A DNA stretch of 62,955 nt, the filler included, from Basidiobolus ranarum (taxonomy: Eukaryota): assembly GCA_040143965.1 (NCBI GenBank). It is 20 parts of 20 records of this genome, joined end to end, with 100 filler letters (N's around TTAATTAATTAA, not from the genome) between each part and the next. Parts side by side here need not be neighbours in the genome. Positions count along the whole stretch, not along the records: positions 12,664 to 15,724 come from JASJQH010009633.1; positions 15,825 to 18,885 come from JASJQH010009634.1; positions 18,986 to 22,044 come from JASJQH010009635.1; positions 22,145 to 25,200 come from JASJQH010009636.1; positions 25,301 to 28,355 come from JASJQH010009637.1; 15 more parts are not named here. One strand, given 5' to 3'. Of the stretch, positions 12,564 through 25,866 are shown piece by piece. Position 1 is the stretch's first letter; the number at the start of each line of letters is the position of its first letter. The position numbers and the translations under genes were made by a program. Below the pieces are notes generated by a model that was not told the origin of the DNA, did not search any database, and was given only the letters and a program-made list of their open reading frames with translations.

Positions 12564-13399
12564 NNNNNNNNNNNNNNNNNNNNNNNNNNNNNNNNNNNNN
12601 NNNNNNNTTAATTAATTAANNNNNNNNNNNNNNNNNNNNNNNNNNNNNNNNNNNNNNNNNNNNCTGATTTTGCTTCTTTTTTAGTGTTTCAGATTGATTT
12701 TGGGTATTATTCAATCAGCTAAATATAGTTTTAATGGTGTTAAGTTAAGAAATGGTTGTTTCCTGATTTGTACAAGCTGAATAATACTTGAATCAAGGTA
12801 CTACAATTTTGGGCATTTCTTAGAGGCTACAAATAATGCTGCTACACACTTTTTTCCTTTTTCACTACTTACTTGACTTGAATTCTTTGTTTGCAACTAT
12901 TTGATTACATTTTTCTTTTTAATCATTGATTTAAATTGCTTAAATTTCTTAGCAAATCCAAATCACATATATTATTGGAGCAACACCATTAAATCAGGCT
13001 ACAGGCCCATTGATTTCCTTACCTTGCTCAGGTTTGATAAACATTGTTAAAGAATGAATCTACCACTTTTTTGCGGAAGGCCTTCAAATACCATATTTAA
13101 GTTTTGTACCTTGGATTCTTAGTCAGATGCTGTAATTAACCTCCTCGGTCTCTTCAGTGAGGCCCTGATTGATTCTTTGACTCTGTTGGCTTAGGCTTGG
13201 TCTCATATTTTATAAATACTATTGAATAATTAAAATTTCCATACATCAAAAGCATTTTTTTCTAATTTAAACATTAAAGCGTGACTCTGAGCTATATGGT
13301 GCCCATCAAGTTATATCAGAGCATTGTGGTTGATTAATATAGGCCTATGTGCCTTAGTTATAATCACTAAGTTGGTTAACTGAAGTTAAACTATTGCTC

Positions 13400-14650
13400 A
13401 CAGTTATCAATCAAGTAGTGACACAATGTAAATTAGCCTTGAGCCATTCTCTGATTTATTCTACTTTAAAATGAAAGCTTTGATAACAATGTAAATGATG
13501 TTACATTGCTCAATTTTGATTGAGCCTAAGCCAAGTAAGTTGGTGTTCTAAAGTAAACCTGAGCACAATACCAATAGTCTGGCTTGCTCACTTTATCCCT
13601 GCATATGTCTCTATTTTTGGAATATCTGCAGGGCTTGATGAAGGAGCTGATTTTCTGCAAAGAGTAATACAGTTTGAATATGATGAATACATAGAGAGAA
13701 GTGGCCACAGGGCACCAAAGCATTTTCTTTCATTTACTATTCCAATCTTTACCAGAGATGGTAATATTCTATTTTTGTTCCACACTACATGGTGACAAAT
13801 ATTAATGTTGAGGAGGCTGATTAGTCTCCAATTCAATTTGTTAAGAGTATTAATTGCTATAGTTTTAATAATGAATTGGTTGTAACAGATCAGGGAGTGA
13901 TACCATATTCTATATAGGATTCTATTTGTGAAAAAATGAAAATTACAGGAGTTATGGTATTCTTGAAGTAGAGTGATCCTGACTAACAGTTTTGTGTTAT
14001 CTAGATCTGTATTTATAAGAGTGATCTGGTGCTCTGAGCAGTTTTCTCTTGTACTATATTGAATTAACTTGGTTGGAACTTTTAGAGATATGAGCTAACA
14101 ATGAATGTAGGTTATTAACTGAGGAAATACAATTATTTTCACTTGTTATAATTCTGAAGTAAATATGTTGTATCTATATAAGATGTGAGAAAGAATAGTA
14201 ACTGTTGCACTCCAGCTTCATCAAAGAATTCCAGCATCTCTGCAGATTGAGTAAATATCAGGTGTTTGATCTTTCAAACCTTTCTATCATAATCTAATGA
14301 CCAACATGAGTTGACTTGTATCTTTTGGACATATTCAATATGAATCTATCATTGTCTTCAGATGATTTGAACTCCACCAGTAAACTGTCCCATTACTTCT
14401 TAATGCTACTAAATAAGAAGTTCTTAGAGTTTATGCTTTAACATGAGCTGGAATGCTTTAGATGCTATCAACACTATTGTCTGGCCAAAAGTGTCAAGAT
14501 GGGAATCAAAACATATCAAATTGAAAGCACTTGTTTGGTCAAGGTGAATAAACCTATCTGCTTTTGTATCTAAACTATCATGTATTGTTCAACTTAACCA
14601 TACAAGTTATTGTATTTAACTTTGGATGTTTTACCTGGCAAACTCTTATT
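13400..14650 (-). mobile_element. Heavily decayed non-LTR retrotransposon (LINE) RT relic
   Basis: Minus-strand remnants NWRLISLLNIN (cf. NWRPISLLNxD), CPVATSLYVFII (cf. QGCPLSPxLY) and QALQIFQK in the expected order, with many stops and near-absent CpG. Confidence 0.4.
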
Positions 14651-14969
14651 GAATAAAGAACTGTTCCACTTTATCATTTATAGCAAACTCTCTTTGACTG
14701 TAGAAAAGGATGAGTAGGATAGCTAGTTCTGGTTAAGTTATGAGTTATCAGTAGAAGTTGGTCACCTCACTAGGCATGTCATAGTTCATGTTTGTTGGTT
14801 AATTAATGTATATTCCTCATCTTGATTAACTTTAGTTAAGATAAAGCTATCAGAGACAGAAAGCAATGTATCTATGGCCCTTGTATCTTAGTTGTTAATA
14901 AGTCTATATCTATTATTCATATGTTGTATTACTCACACATGCTTATTTTATCTTATTACAGAAATACTT

Positions 14970-15060
14970 CCCTAACAGAAATTTGTAAATTGTTATTGCA
15001 AGAAACCTGTCACCATTTAATCCATTTTGAATTGACCGTATACATACTGTCATAAAATCA
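14970..15060. mobile_element. CMC element terminus (TIR plus subterminal sequence)
   Basis: CCCTAACAGAAATTTG... similar to 40869-40957. Confidence 0.8.
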
Positions 15061-15824
15061 ATAACTACTGATTATACTGTTTCAACTTTGCTCTTAGCAA
15101 CCCTTAAAACTACAATTCAAGTCATTGAATGCATATATTGACTAAAATACTATCATATAGAAAACTGGAAATTTAAGACGCTTCATTGTTTAATTTTAAT
15201 CAAAAAACCAAACATAGACCAATGAACATGGCCTCTACCCAACATCATTTCCTCAAAGGCTATGTTTTCTTTGATATAGTCAAGAGATGGATTGTTTATG
15301 GATAGGTTACAGCTATCCATGATATGGAGTCATCAGAACAGTTAGAATCTTACCAATACTATGTCCAGGTTCCATAATGACTGGAATGACATCAATCATA
15401 TTCTCTACTCCTACAATCCTTTTGCAGCAAAATCATGAAGTTCTTGTATGGAGCCATTGTTATTGATAGGGCAGTGACTGTTGTTACTGCTTTCAGTTTA
15501 GATTCAACCATGTTTGTCATTGCATAGTCTCACCTAGTCATTAATTCACATCTCAACATTATGTTTTGATTGAGAGAAGTGGTCTGCTTACTTTTTTTTG
15601 GTTTTTGTGCTGCACCTTTGTTACTTTCTTAATACTAGCTCAGTATTTTTGATTAGTACCTTTCATTTCTCCCCTTCTTTCATTGTAGAGGTGAGATATT
15701 TGTTCAAAGAGTAATAATCCTATGNNNNNNNNNNNNNNNNNNNNNNNNNNNNNNNNNNNNNNNNNNNNTTAATTAATTAANNNNNNNNNNNNNNNNNNNN
15801 NNNNNNNNNNNNNNNNNNNNNNNN

Positions 15825-17372
15825 AAAACAAGATATACTTGGGTATTCTTTCTTAAATCAAAATCTGAAGCCTTAGCTACGTTCAAGCACTATAAAGCCA
15901 TGGTAGAGAGACAATTAGCACAGAAACGTAGGGTACTGAAGAGTGATAATGGTGGACAATACTGCTCAAAAGACTTTGCTAGTTTTTGTTCTGAACATGT
16001 AATTAAGCAACAACCTACTGTACCTTGCACTCCACAGCAAAATGGGGTTGTAGAACATGCTAATAGGACCATAGTGGAGATGGCAAAGTCAATGTTGCAT
16101 GATCAGAAGTTGGATCACAAATATTGGGCCAAATCTGTCTCCACTGAGGTCTATATCAAAAGCAGATGCCCAAAAAGATTGCTGCAAAATTCTACTCCAT
16201 TTGAAGCCTTATATGGACCAAAACCAAGTGTGGATCATCTCAGGATCTTTGGTTACACAGCATATTGCATGATTCCAGTGCAAAAACACTCTAATTTGGA
16301 ACTCAAAAGTCGAAAATGCTTATTTCTTGGTTACTGTGATAGATCTAATGCCTACAGACTTTTTGATGCCAGAAATCAGAGGTTAATTAGGTGCAGAAAT
16401 GTTAGTTGCAATGAAAAAGAAAAATTTTCACCTCAAATTGCAGTTCTTGATCCACAAAACACAATCAGCACTATTTGGGAAGTGTCTGACAAAATTCCAG
16501 CTGTATCTGAGCCCAATGCAATCACAATTCCAGTCCTAATTACATCAGAGGAGGATACAGCACCCAGAAGAGCATCCAGAAGGAGAATTAAGCCAGGAAA
16601 TTGGTGGAAAACTTCCATTGATCATGTGTATGCTTATGCAGCATTCTGGAATAAGACACAGATTCTAGATCAAGTTCTGGAGTGTGCAGAATCAAAATTA
16701 TGTGAAAAAGCCATATCAGATGCGTTTTCTTCACTTCAGGACAATAAAACATAGGTTTTAAGTCCTCAACCATTAGGGAGAAAACCAATAGGTTGTAAAT
16801 GGGTTGACAAAGTCAAAAACCAAGCTGATGGAACCGCAGAAAGGTACAAAGCAAGATTAGTTGCAAAAGGATATTCCCTGGACTCCAAGAGTTGACTTTA
16901 ATGAAACTTTTGATATTCAGGTATTTGAGAAGAATTATAGATCAAGTTTGGGAATACTCTGCCTCTTCTGATGCACAAAATTTTGAAGGCTACAGTGATG
17001 CAGACTGGGGAAGAAATCTTGATGATAGAAGATCAATGACTGGGTACACTTTTCTCTACGATGATGCAACCATAACTTGGAATAGTATGAAGCAACCAAC
17101 CATAGCACTTTCCACTACAGAAGCAGAGTATATGGCGGCTTCTGCTACTACACAAGAAGCTATGGGGTTAAGGAAGTTATTGACAGACCTAGGATACATG
17201 CAAAAATGTGCTATTACTGCATTTGAAGACATTCAAAGTTGTATTTCATCAGTTAAACCCCAACATTTCATGCTAGGGCAAAACATATAGATATTAGGCA
17301 TCATTTTGTTAGAATAGCATTAGAGAATGATACCATTGCACTTGTTTATTGCCCTAATAAATAAATGATAGA
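15825..17372 (+). mobile_element. Ty1/copia family A pol remnant: integrase, RT start, internal deletion, RNase H
   Basis: LKSDNGGQY, TPQQNGVVEHANRT, KARLVAKG. Then VDFNETF is joined directly to IFRYL (RT core missing), followed by YSDADWG and ALSTTEAEY. Confidence 0.93.
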
Positions 17373-18885
17373 ATTCAGGTGATTCCAAATTGGTATCTAT
17401 CTCGTTGTACTATGCCCTGGGATCTTGCTTGAGTCTATGTAGCAGTTTTTGCAGCTTACAGACCATATCAGGGTGTTTTGGGATAACAAATCCTTCTGGT
17501 TACTCCATATAGATCTCTTCTTCTAGATTTCCATTCAGAGAAGGATGTTTTTACAACCATTTGTGGTTAATCAAGGTTATGGATGGCTGAAAGTGCCCAG
17601 ATTAATTAAGTTTTCTAGCTTATTACTCCTTTTGGAAGATCTTGTGGGCCCTGAATAACCCTCTGATGTAATTAGGACTGGAGTTTCAGTTAAATAGGGC
17701 TCAGATACAGCTGAAATTGCATCAGACACTTCCTGAATAGTGCTGATTGTGTTTACTGGATCAAGAGCTGTGATTTGAGGTGCAAAGTTTGCTTTTTCAT
17801 CAAAAATCACATTTCTGCACTTAATTAACTTCTGATTTTTGGTATCAAACAGTCTACAGGCCTTAGATCCATCACCGTAACCAAGAAATATGCATTTTCT
17901 GCTTTGGAATTGTATATAGAGCATTTTTGAGCTGGATTAAGGCTAAATGCTAGGCAACCCAAGATCCTTAGATGATCCACACTTGGTTTTGATTTACATA
18001 GGGCTTCAAACGGAGTGGAATTTTGTAGCAATCTTGTTGCTCATCTATATATGATATGGACTGCAGTGGAAACAGATTCAGCCCAATGTTGGTATTCTAA
18101 CTTTTGATCATGTAATATTGATTGTGTCATCTCTGCTATAGTCCTATTAGCATGTTCTGTTACTCCATTTTGCTGTGGGGTACAAGGTACAGTAGTTTGT
18201 TGCATAATTCCATGTTTAGACTATAAACTAGAAAAATCTTGAGAGCGGTATTCTCCACCATTATCACTCCCTAGTACCCTTTTTTTCGTGCTGATTCTTT
18301 GTCTACCATTGCTTAGAATTGCTTGAACAAAGCTAGGGCTTCAGATTTTGATTTTAGAAGGAATACCCAAATACTTCTTGTTTTGTCATCAATATAGGTC
18401 ATAAGGTACCTTTTCCAATCTAGTGAGACATTTTTCATGGGCCCACATAGGTAGAATGAATCAGGGCACACTTCTGAGTGGATTTGACTCCTCCAGATCT
18501 TGAAAACAGCTGTCTGTGATGTTTTCCATATATGCAACCTTCACACTGATCCAATTTTGTGATATTTCCAATTTTTAAGCCTGAAACAAGCCGATTTCAC
18601 ATCATTTAGGTCCGTTTTGTTCCCCAATGTGGCATAATCTACTATGCCATGTTTGACAGCTTATTTCACTGGTTTTGGCTAAGTTTGCATGCTCAGAATG
18701 CAATTTGATGATTTCTTGCTTGTATATGTTTTGAGTTTTGATCCCTGTAGCTAATTTGGTATTATACAAAATGCCTGTTCTGCATTATTTTGCTGAGATT
18801 TAGATCTCCTTAATTCCTCATTCAACAGCTTAGCACCAACATATTCCATTGTTAATGGCGCTGAACTTGATTCTAAGGCAAATAT
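17373..18885 (-). mobile_element. Second family A copia remnant (gag end, integrase, RT piece), inverted relative to the first
   Basis: Minus ORFs LCGPMKNVSL...YIDDKTR, LQNSTPFEAL...DHLRILG and RKCIFLGYGDGSKA are homologous to 15900-16600. Confidence 0.9.
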
Positions 18886-18985
18886 NNNNNNNNNNNNNNN
18901 NNNNNNNNNNNNNNNNNNNNNNNNNNNNNTTAATTAATTAANNNNNNNNNNNNNNNNNNNNNNNNNNNNNNNNNNNNNNNNNNNN

Positions 18986-19293
18986 GCTGAGCCCTGAAGA
19001 CTAGGTGGTGCACTTGCGAATGTCACTGTAGGCGCGTTATTCGAAACACCATATACCGCTTAACTGGGCGCGACACTGCCACTAATTGTGGGCAAAGTTT
19101 CTGAATCAGTTTGAATACCGCTGGGTAGAGAGACGGGTCCGACACCTGTTGAGCCACCACCAACTGATACAGTGTCAATGGCATTGGTTTCATGTGTAGG
19201 AATTGAGTCAGCGATGGTTGAGGGAATAACATCTTGCGCCATAGATGAAGCGGCTAACGCGGCGAGAATGAAAAATAAGTTACTAGGATGCAT
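18986..19293 (-). CDS. Secreted Ser/Thr/Pro-rich protein N-terminus (signal peptide), with an in-frame TAA at 19060-19062
   Basis: MHPSNLFFILAALAASSMA-QDVIPST..., with TATAAAA about 50 bp upstream. The S/T/P-rich frame continues past the stop to the contig end. Confidence 0.65.
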
Positions 19294-19337
19294 AGCGAAT
19301 AAAGTGGATGATATTGTCCAATATCCCAACCATACTG

Positions 19338-19347
19338 CTTTTATACT
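19338..19347 (-). promoter_or_regulatory. Putative TATA box of the secreted-protein gene
   Basis: GTATAAAAGC on the minus strand, about 45-55 nt upstream of the ATG at 19293. Confidence 0.45.
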
Positions 19348-21250
19348 TCTAACCGACTAAAGAAAATCTTTGACTGTGGAACTTTTAGTGCCAAGAAAAG
19401 AACCTCTATTATGTGACATCATTTAGAGTATGGAATGGTCGGTGATTACCATCTGAAATGAATTTTAGCACTGATTTCTTACTGAGTGGTCTGTGAACTA
19501 TTCAGGTACCCGTGTCTTGCACCTATCAAGATAAGTCGAAAGTGTATGGATGAGCATTCAAAGAGTCATAGAAATGCACAAAATATAGAGTGGAAGATCT
19601 CTATGATTATATTAGGCGCCTTGGTTATTGAGGATGCGGGTTCTCCAGTGCACCGATGAAGAAATATCCCGACAAAAGCAGCTCGGGTAAGGGCCCAAAG
19701 AAATTTAAGAGACTCGGATATCACTATAGATTGGTAGTCCCAGTCATTCCAATAAAAACGATTATAACAACACGAATAAAATCCCAGCGTTCGAAATATG
19801 ACAACATTCAGTTTGATCTCTTTGGAAGATATAAATACTTTTTTTACTGGTGCCCGAGATATCCAGTGTTCCTCACCCACGTTTTTAGATCAATTCTTGC
19901 CAAAATATAGTTAAATCCAAACAAGTAAATGTGCACTATTTGTATCACAATGATTAAACTAACAAATGGTACTTTCTGACTTCACCTTTTATATTGATAG
20001 GAAACCATAAATTATCTAGTCAAATAGTGCTTAATTCACAATTGGAACATATATTCAGGATATATGTGATCTAAGAATTAGCAGAATTGAACTTGAAATT
20101 TCAAAGTCATCCAAATTATCACTCAAAGGCGTCAAAACCTCAGGATGGCTGATTCAACTCTCACAGATCTGGTGCACACTCCCATGGTTGATTTTAGTAT
20201 TAGTTTCAAAAGTATACATACTGTATTTCATGTCATTCAATCAGCATCTCTCAAATAAACAATAACTTCATTATTTAAACTAGAGTTTTCTAGGAGATAG
20301 AACCTTAGAAGTAATGAGGGTAGATGAAATACAAGCACATTGAAAACTTATCATACTTTGTTCTTCAACTTCAAGACTATCCCGAGTTTCGTTCCTAATG
20401 CTACCTATTCTGTTGCATTCATGTATTGGAAAGACAAGTGCATAACGTAGATTTTGTCTAATTATCCAGGAGACTTACAATTCTTCCCAGTCAGTAAAAA
20501 CATGCCCTACATTAAGTTATTTGCTACTAGTATACTACAGTTGACCATGTGATTCCAAAACAGCTTTCTATGAAATTGATATCTTGTATCGCATGGTTTG
20601 GGTTTGAACTATAGACTGAATGAAAAGGATAGTCACCTTGATTCTCGGGCCTCAGAAGCATTTTTATAGATTTGGTAAGTTCTTATGAGTGTCACTAATA
20701 CATGTGAGTTTAACTACAGTTTGCACAATAAAGATCCAGTGAATTCGCGCACGAGCGAAGTGTGACCATCAAACATCAAAAGACGACCATGAATATAGTT
20801 AGCTTTATGTGGACTTTATTGAATCAGTAGATACAAATGATAGCAAGGGAAACTCATTAAACTCCATTACTCATAAACCAAAGCAAGGAATAAGCTCCTG
20901 CTTTCAATTATTACATGGAATGATCGTTTTCGCCCAAAAGTAATCATGTTAAGTGAAATATATGGAAGAGATTAGAATACGAATACTGGCTCAACTAGGC
21001 CCTTAGCATTAAAGAATCAAAAATCATTTCTCTATCGCAATACTGAGAAAGAAGCGGCGTTGATTTTTACACATGTGCGCTATTGTTAGGGGAATGAAGA
21101 ATAAAGCAAGGAATCAATAAAATAGTAAATCATCGCAAAGTAAGGAAAACATTTATATTCAATCCAAAAATATAGGCATGCCTCTACATCGAAGGTGCAT
21201 GTAAGGGGTTCTTCATAAATTTAAACAGATGAAGTATACTAGCAATCAAA

Positions 21251-22044
21251 TTATTGTTGATCTATTCTTCTCTCAAGAGTCTCCAATCGATCTACCAAAC
21301 ATCTGATCATCTCTTCATAATCTCTAGTTTTCATGTCAGCACTTACACCCTGGCTTTTCACCACCTTGGTAAGGTGGCCATCTCTATCTAGCCTTGGGTG
21401 ACTAAGAATAGGTGGAGGCGAAGGTAACTCCGAAGAATCTTGATGCTCTCCATTGGTTTGCTCGGACCTGCGATCATGCTCTTCGCCATTCTCGTAAGTT
21501 TGATCTAAAGCTTTAATATGCTGTTGATCTGACTGAAGCTGTCTCTCTTCAAGCCGATCCAAACGCTGCACTATATCTTCAATAGCTGAATCGTATTTCT
21601 CGATGAATTGCCCTTGCATATCTCGGAAATGACTTCTGACCAGACCTTCGATCATTGGTCCTGAAGCTTGTAATGTTTGTAAGAGCGTGGTGGATTTTCG
21701 GATTTGATCCTCTAATTGCACTTTCAATCCTCTTGCCGAGTCTACATTGTCAAAGAGTGATTCAAATAGTGACATGAATTGCTGCTTTGATCCTAGATGA
21801 CCACCTGTGGGGGTTGTGCGCTGCGACATGAATTTCGGTGGTGATGAGCGCTGCGGGTATGGTTTATTCGAATAATGAGCAGCTTGGGAACTGTATGGAT
21901 GAGCAGTAACAGGCCGGGGAGGTACAGAAGGTTGGGGAACATTTACTGACGGGTCTGGCGGTGGTGCATTGGACTTAACTGTGGGCGTGGGGCCGATATA
22001 ATTTGAGGGATGATACGAACCACGGGTGTATCGAGAAGCTTCGT
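21251..22044 (-). CDS. Uncharacterised fungal protein C-terminus (Pro-rich region plus coiled-coil), partial
   Basis: Frame open from the contig end: ...PPPDPSVNVPQPSVPPRP...SKQQFMSLFESLFDNVDSARGLKVQLEDQIRKSTTLLQTLQ...RLDRLEER. CpG content is normal. Confidence 0.8.
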
Positions 22045-22224
22045 NNNNNNNNNNNNNNNNNNNNNNNNNNNNNNNNNNNNNNNNNNNNTTAATTAATTAA
22101 NNNNNNNNNNNNNNNNNNNNNNNNNNNNNNNNNNNNNNNNNNNNAATGAGATTTGATGGCACTTGAGCGTTAATATACTTCCAAACCATAGTTTCCTTTT
22201 ACCATACCTTGTGGAGCATAAACG

Positions 22225-23672
22225 ATGTCGAATAACACTTTTAAAATCGCATTAATTCAGCTTCACGTTACAGACGATAAAGAAAAAAATCTAAATAATG
22301 CTCGAGAGAAGGTGCTACTTGCTTCCAAAAACGGAGCCAAAGTAGTTGTATTGCCAGTAAGTTACAACCAATCACACTAATTCTTGAATACTTCTTACTT
22401 ACTCTATCTGCAATTGTGTACTTCAGGAATGTTTCAACTCACCTTATGGGACCAACTTCTTTCCACAATACGCTGAGTACATCCCTGATGGTGAATCAGT
22501 CAAAGCTTTGAAAGATATTGCCAAAGTATGCTTCTTCTCATTCCTCTTGAGGTTATAACCAAGCAAGCTAAAAATATCTCTTCTTTCCATTAATTTTAGA
22601 CTGCTGGAGTATACTTGATTGCTGGTATAGTGAATTTCTGACTGATTCTTATCCAAGAATCTTTACTAATGGGGAAAACACTATTATCTTAAGGCTCTAT
22701 CCCGGAAAAGGAAGCATCCTCAGACAAGTTTTACAATACCTCTACTGTATACAATCCGCAGGGCGAACTTATCGCTAAGCATCGTAAGGTCCACTTGTTC
22801 GATATTGATATCCCAGGAAAGATTCGATTCCAGGTAATATGGAGATTTCTTTATTTTCAATATTTCGGTTTATTCAGTTATGTTCTGCAGGAAAGTGAGA
22901 TCCTAAGTCCAGGAAATCAAGTTACTCATTTCGAGACAGGTAAGAAAAAGGTGAAGTTATGAGGAACCTTTGAAGTTGGGCAGCTCTAATCCTTGTGTTT
23001 GTTGGGTAGAATACGGGAAAATCGGAGTTGGTATCTGTTATGATATTCGATTCCCAGAGCTTGCGATGATCGCAGCCAGAAAAGGTAGTGTTGTATATTC
23101 TCTTCAATTGGAAAAGGTATGTCTGACTCTCTCATAGGGTGTATTGCCATGATATACCCTGGCGCATTTAACATGACTACTGGCCCGCTCCATTGGGAAT
23201 TGCTTCAGAGGGCGAGGTATGGACTCAGCACTTATTAGACACAGTTGTATATGGAAAGTAAACTCATTTATTTCCGCTTTGTTATGCATTCTATAGAGCT
23301 ATTGACAACCAGGTATTTAGCACCGCTTCCGATATTCCTTTCGTTTCTCACAGTTGATTCATTTATTTTTTATGTAAGATCTATGTTGCGGCTTGCTCCC
23401 CTGCACGCGATACAACCGCATCCTATCATGCTTGGGGCCACTCTACCCTTGTTAGCCCCAATGGCGAAGTGATTGCCACCACTGAGCATGAGCCAGCCAT
23501 AGTGTATGGTGAAATAGGTATTGTAGCTTATATTTTGCGTGTGCCTGGTAGAAGATGCTCATCAAACAAACGATTTCTAGATACTGGTTATCTGAAAGAA
23601 GTAAGGCAGGGTATCCCCACCTATTCCCAACGCCGATTTGATATCTACAAAGATGTGAGTGAGGGCTTCTGA
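22225..23672 (+). CDS. NIT2: Omega-amidase Nit2 (carbon-nitrogen hydrolase; yeast Nit3-like), complete, 9 exons
   Basis: Spliced: [13 protein letters not shown]...[14 protein letters not shown].../GSIPE...[26 protein letters not shown].../[18 protein letters not shown].../[36 protein letters not shown]...WGHS.../...[14 protein letters not shown]. The E-K-C catalytic triad is intact. Confidence 0.95.
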
Positions 23673-25300
23673 TTGACATGCATTAACAGAATCCAATGCA
23701 GAAATATTCATGAGAGTAGAAGGCAGTATCGGATATGAACATGTCCATGACTTCTGAAATAAATATTTTACTTGATATCTTAATGCGAGTGTGTAACATG
23801 CGTTAGATGCTAGCCAGGAGGTGAGTAACAGTCAATTCAGAATCAACCCATCTGAGGAACGTGAGTGGCTGTTTTTTCATTGTGCGTTGGCATAGATCCA
23901 AGATTGGTACAATTCATATGTATCTCCTCATCACTCTCAGCCTCTGACTGGAAGCAACAATTCTTCAATTACAGAAAAGCTTTGTAATCGGCCAAGAACT
24001 ATTGACACATTGACTGAATGCGCATTATGACTCATGTTTTGATCAAATCACCACTGGTCATGCTTGAAGTATTGCAATAGAGCATCAAAACATTCAGGGA
24101 TCATGTTTTACATTTGAATGGCTATCAAACATTCAAGTACAACACTCATTCTTGATATATCTCTGAAATATTCAAGCATGTCCAAAACTCTCTATGTTTC
24201 CCTCGTGTCAACACAGCTATGATGTTGCTTTTATGAATTGATGTATAAAATTAACATCATCATTAGACAGTTGTGCTAATTTGATTTGATTTCTAGTGTC
24301 CCCAGGCACTTCCACTTTGTCTAAAATCCCTATCACAAAGGTGTCATTGATCTAAATTGACCAACAATCATTTACGTGCCATGTTCATTACAATCCCTAA
24401 AAGTAGATGTCTTCTTATCTTGTTAATCCCATAGGTTTAGATTAGTCCAGATCAAGTGGCAAAAAGTAAGTGTATTTCAGTAGACAACTAGATTTTGCTT
24501 TAATGCAATTCCTCTTTACTTTGCTTCATCTGGCATTTACTCAAGTTGATTAGTTGTCAACTATTGCAAGTTGGGGTCACTGTTGTATTTTCTTATGGAT
24601 CAAATATTTAGCAATGGTAATACCACTAAAGAGTAAAAATCAATGAGGCTTGGAGAACCCATTATTGTAGAATAATGTTGTAATATGGTGTCAAAGTATC
24701 AAGTAGTTAATGTGATGCAATATGGAAACCAATAAGCTTGATGTAGTGTAACGCATGAAGCAGTATCAGGTGCAAATTTCAAGGAAAGCAAGAGATTTAG
24801 TCATATGTAGCATTCTCCTGGCCAAAGGTGCTTATAAAGTACCAGAAGAGTTCAGTCTGTACATACAATTATTCATACTTCTGGTAATGTGTATGAAAAG
24901 ATAGATTATACAGTTCATATGCTCAGCTCTCATACTTCAATTACATTTGAATGTTACCATTATTTACTAGTCTGGCAATGTTTATCACAATCCTGGTCAA
25001 AATATTCTAAATTATCAAAATGTATCCAAATGCAGGATTTAGATATTTCTGCTGCTGAAGTTAGCTTTGCCTAAACACCTATATAGTTATATATGTCATG
25101 ATTCTGATCTCGGCATACTGATCCACTGCATATGGAACTCTTCTATTATTAGATTATGACATCATATCTACTGTGCCATCCCTTCTCGGCAATCTGGTGT
25201 NNNNNNNNNNNNNNNNNNNNNNNNNNNNNNNNNNNNNNNNNNNNTTAATTAATTAANNNNNNNNNNNNNNNNNNNNNNNNNNNNNNNNNNNNNNNNNNNN

Positions 25301-25866
25301 GCTTCTTTTGAAAGGCAAGGATAGCTTCTGGTGGTCCCTTTGGCTGTATTTCTTCTCCTGTAACAAATCCCCAGAGGTTCTTGTCTTCTAGCATCATTTG
25401 CATCTTGAACTTCCAAAGGTGAAAGTCTTCACCATCAAACTTCTCTGTGGATGCAAAAACGTTGGTAATAGTACTAGTAGACATTCCATTAGCAGCTAGC
25501 TTTGGGCTAATAACCTGATAAAAGTGTTTAGGGGATTTGCAAGTGTTTTGGACAAGATTTGGATTGTTGAATTAGACACTTTAGTTTTATTGAATTGAAT
25601 ATGTCCTATTTATAGATTACTATGAAATAAGACTATTAGACATGCTTTGATCATAATGCACATGCCTGTTAAGCATGGATGAAAATTTGAGATGATTTGG
25701 AGAAGTTTTGAGAAAATAGTGAAAATTGGTAAAAGTGATCTAATTGATATTTCTATCAATTAGAGCAATAAACACACATTTTTGAATGACAGAATTAGTG
25801 CTAAATAATCAGAATATGAATAAACTAACTACTAAATCACAAGTTGCTACTTACCTAACTTCAATA
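25301..25866 (-). mobile_element. Copia family A 5' end: LTR (25516-25866), PBS (25504-25515), gag start
   Basis: LTR end ...CTTTTATCA followed by GGTTATTAGCCC, then MSTSTITNVFASTEKFDGEDFHLWKFKMQM. Confidence 0.88.
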
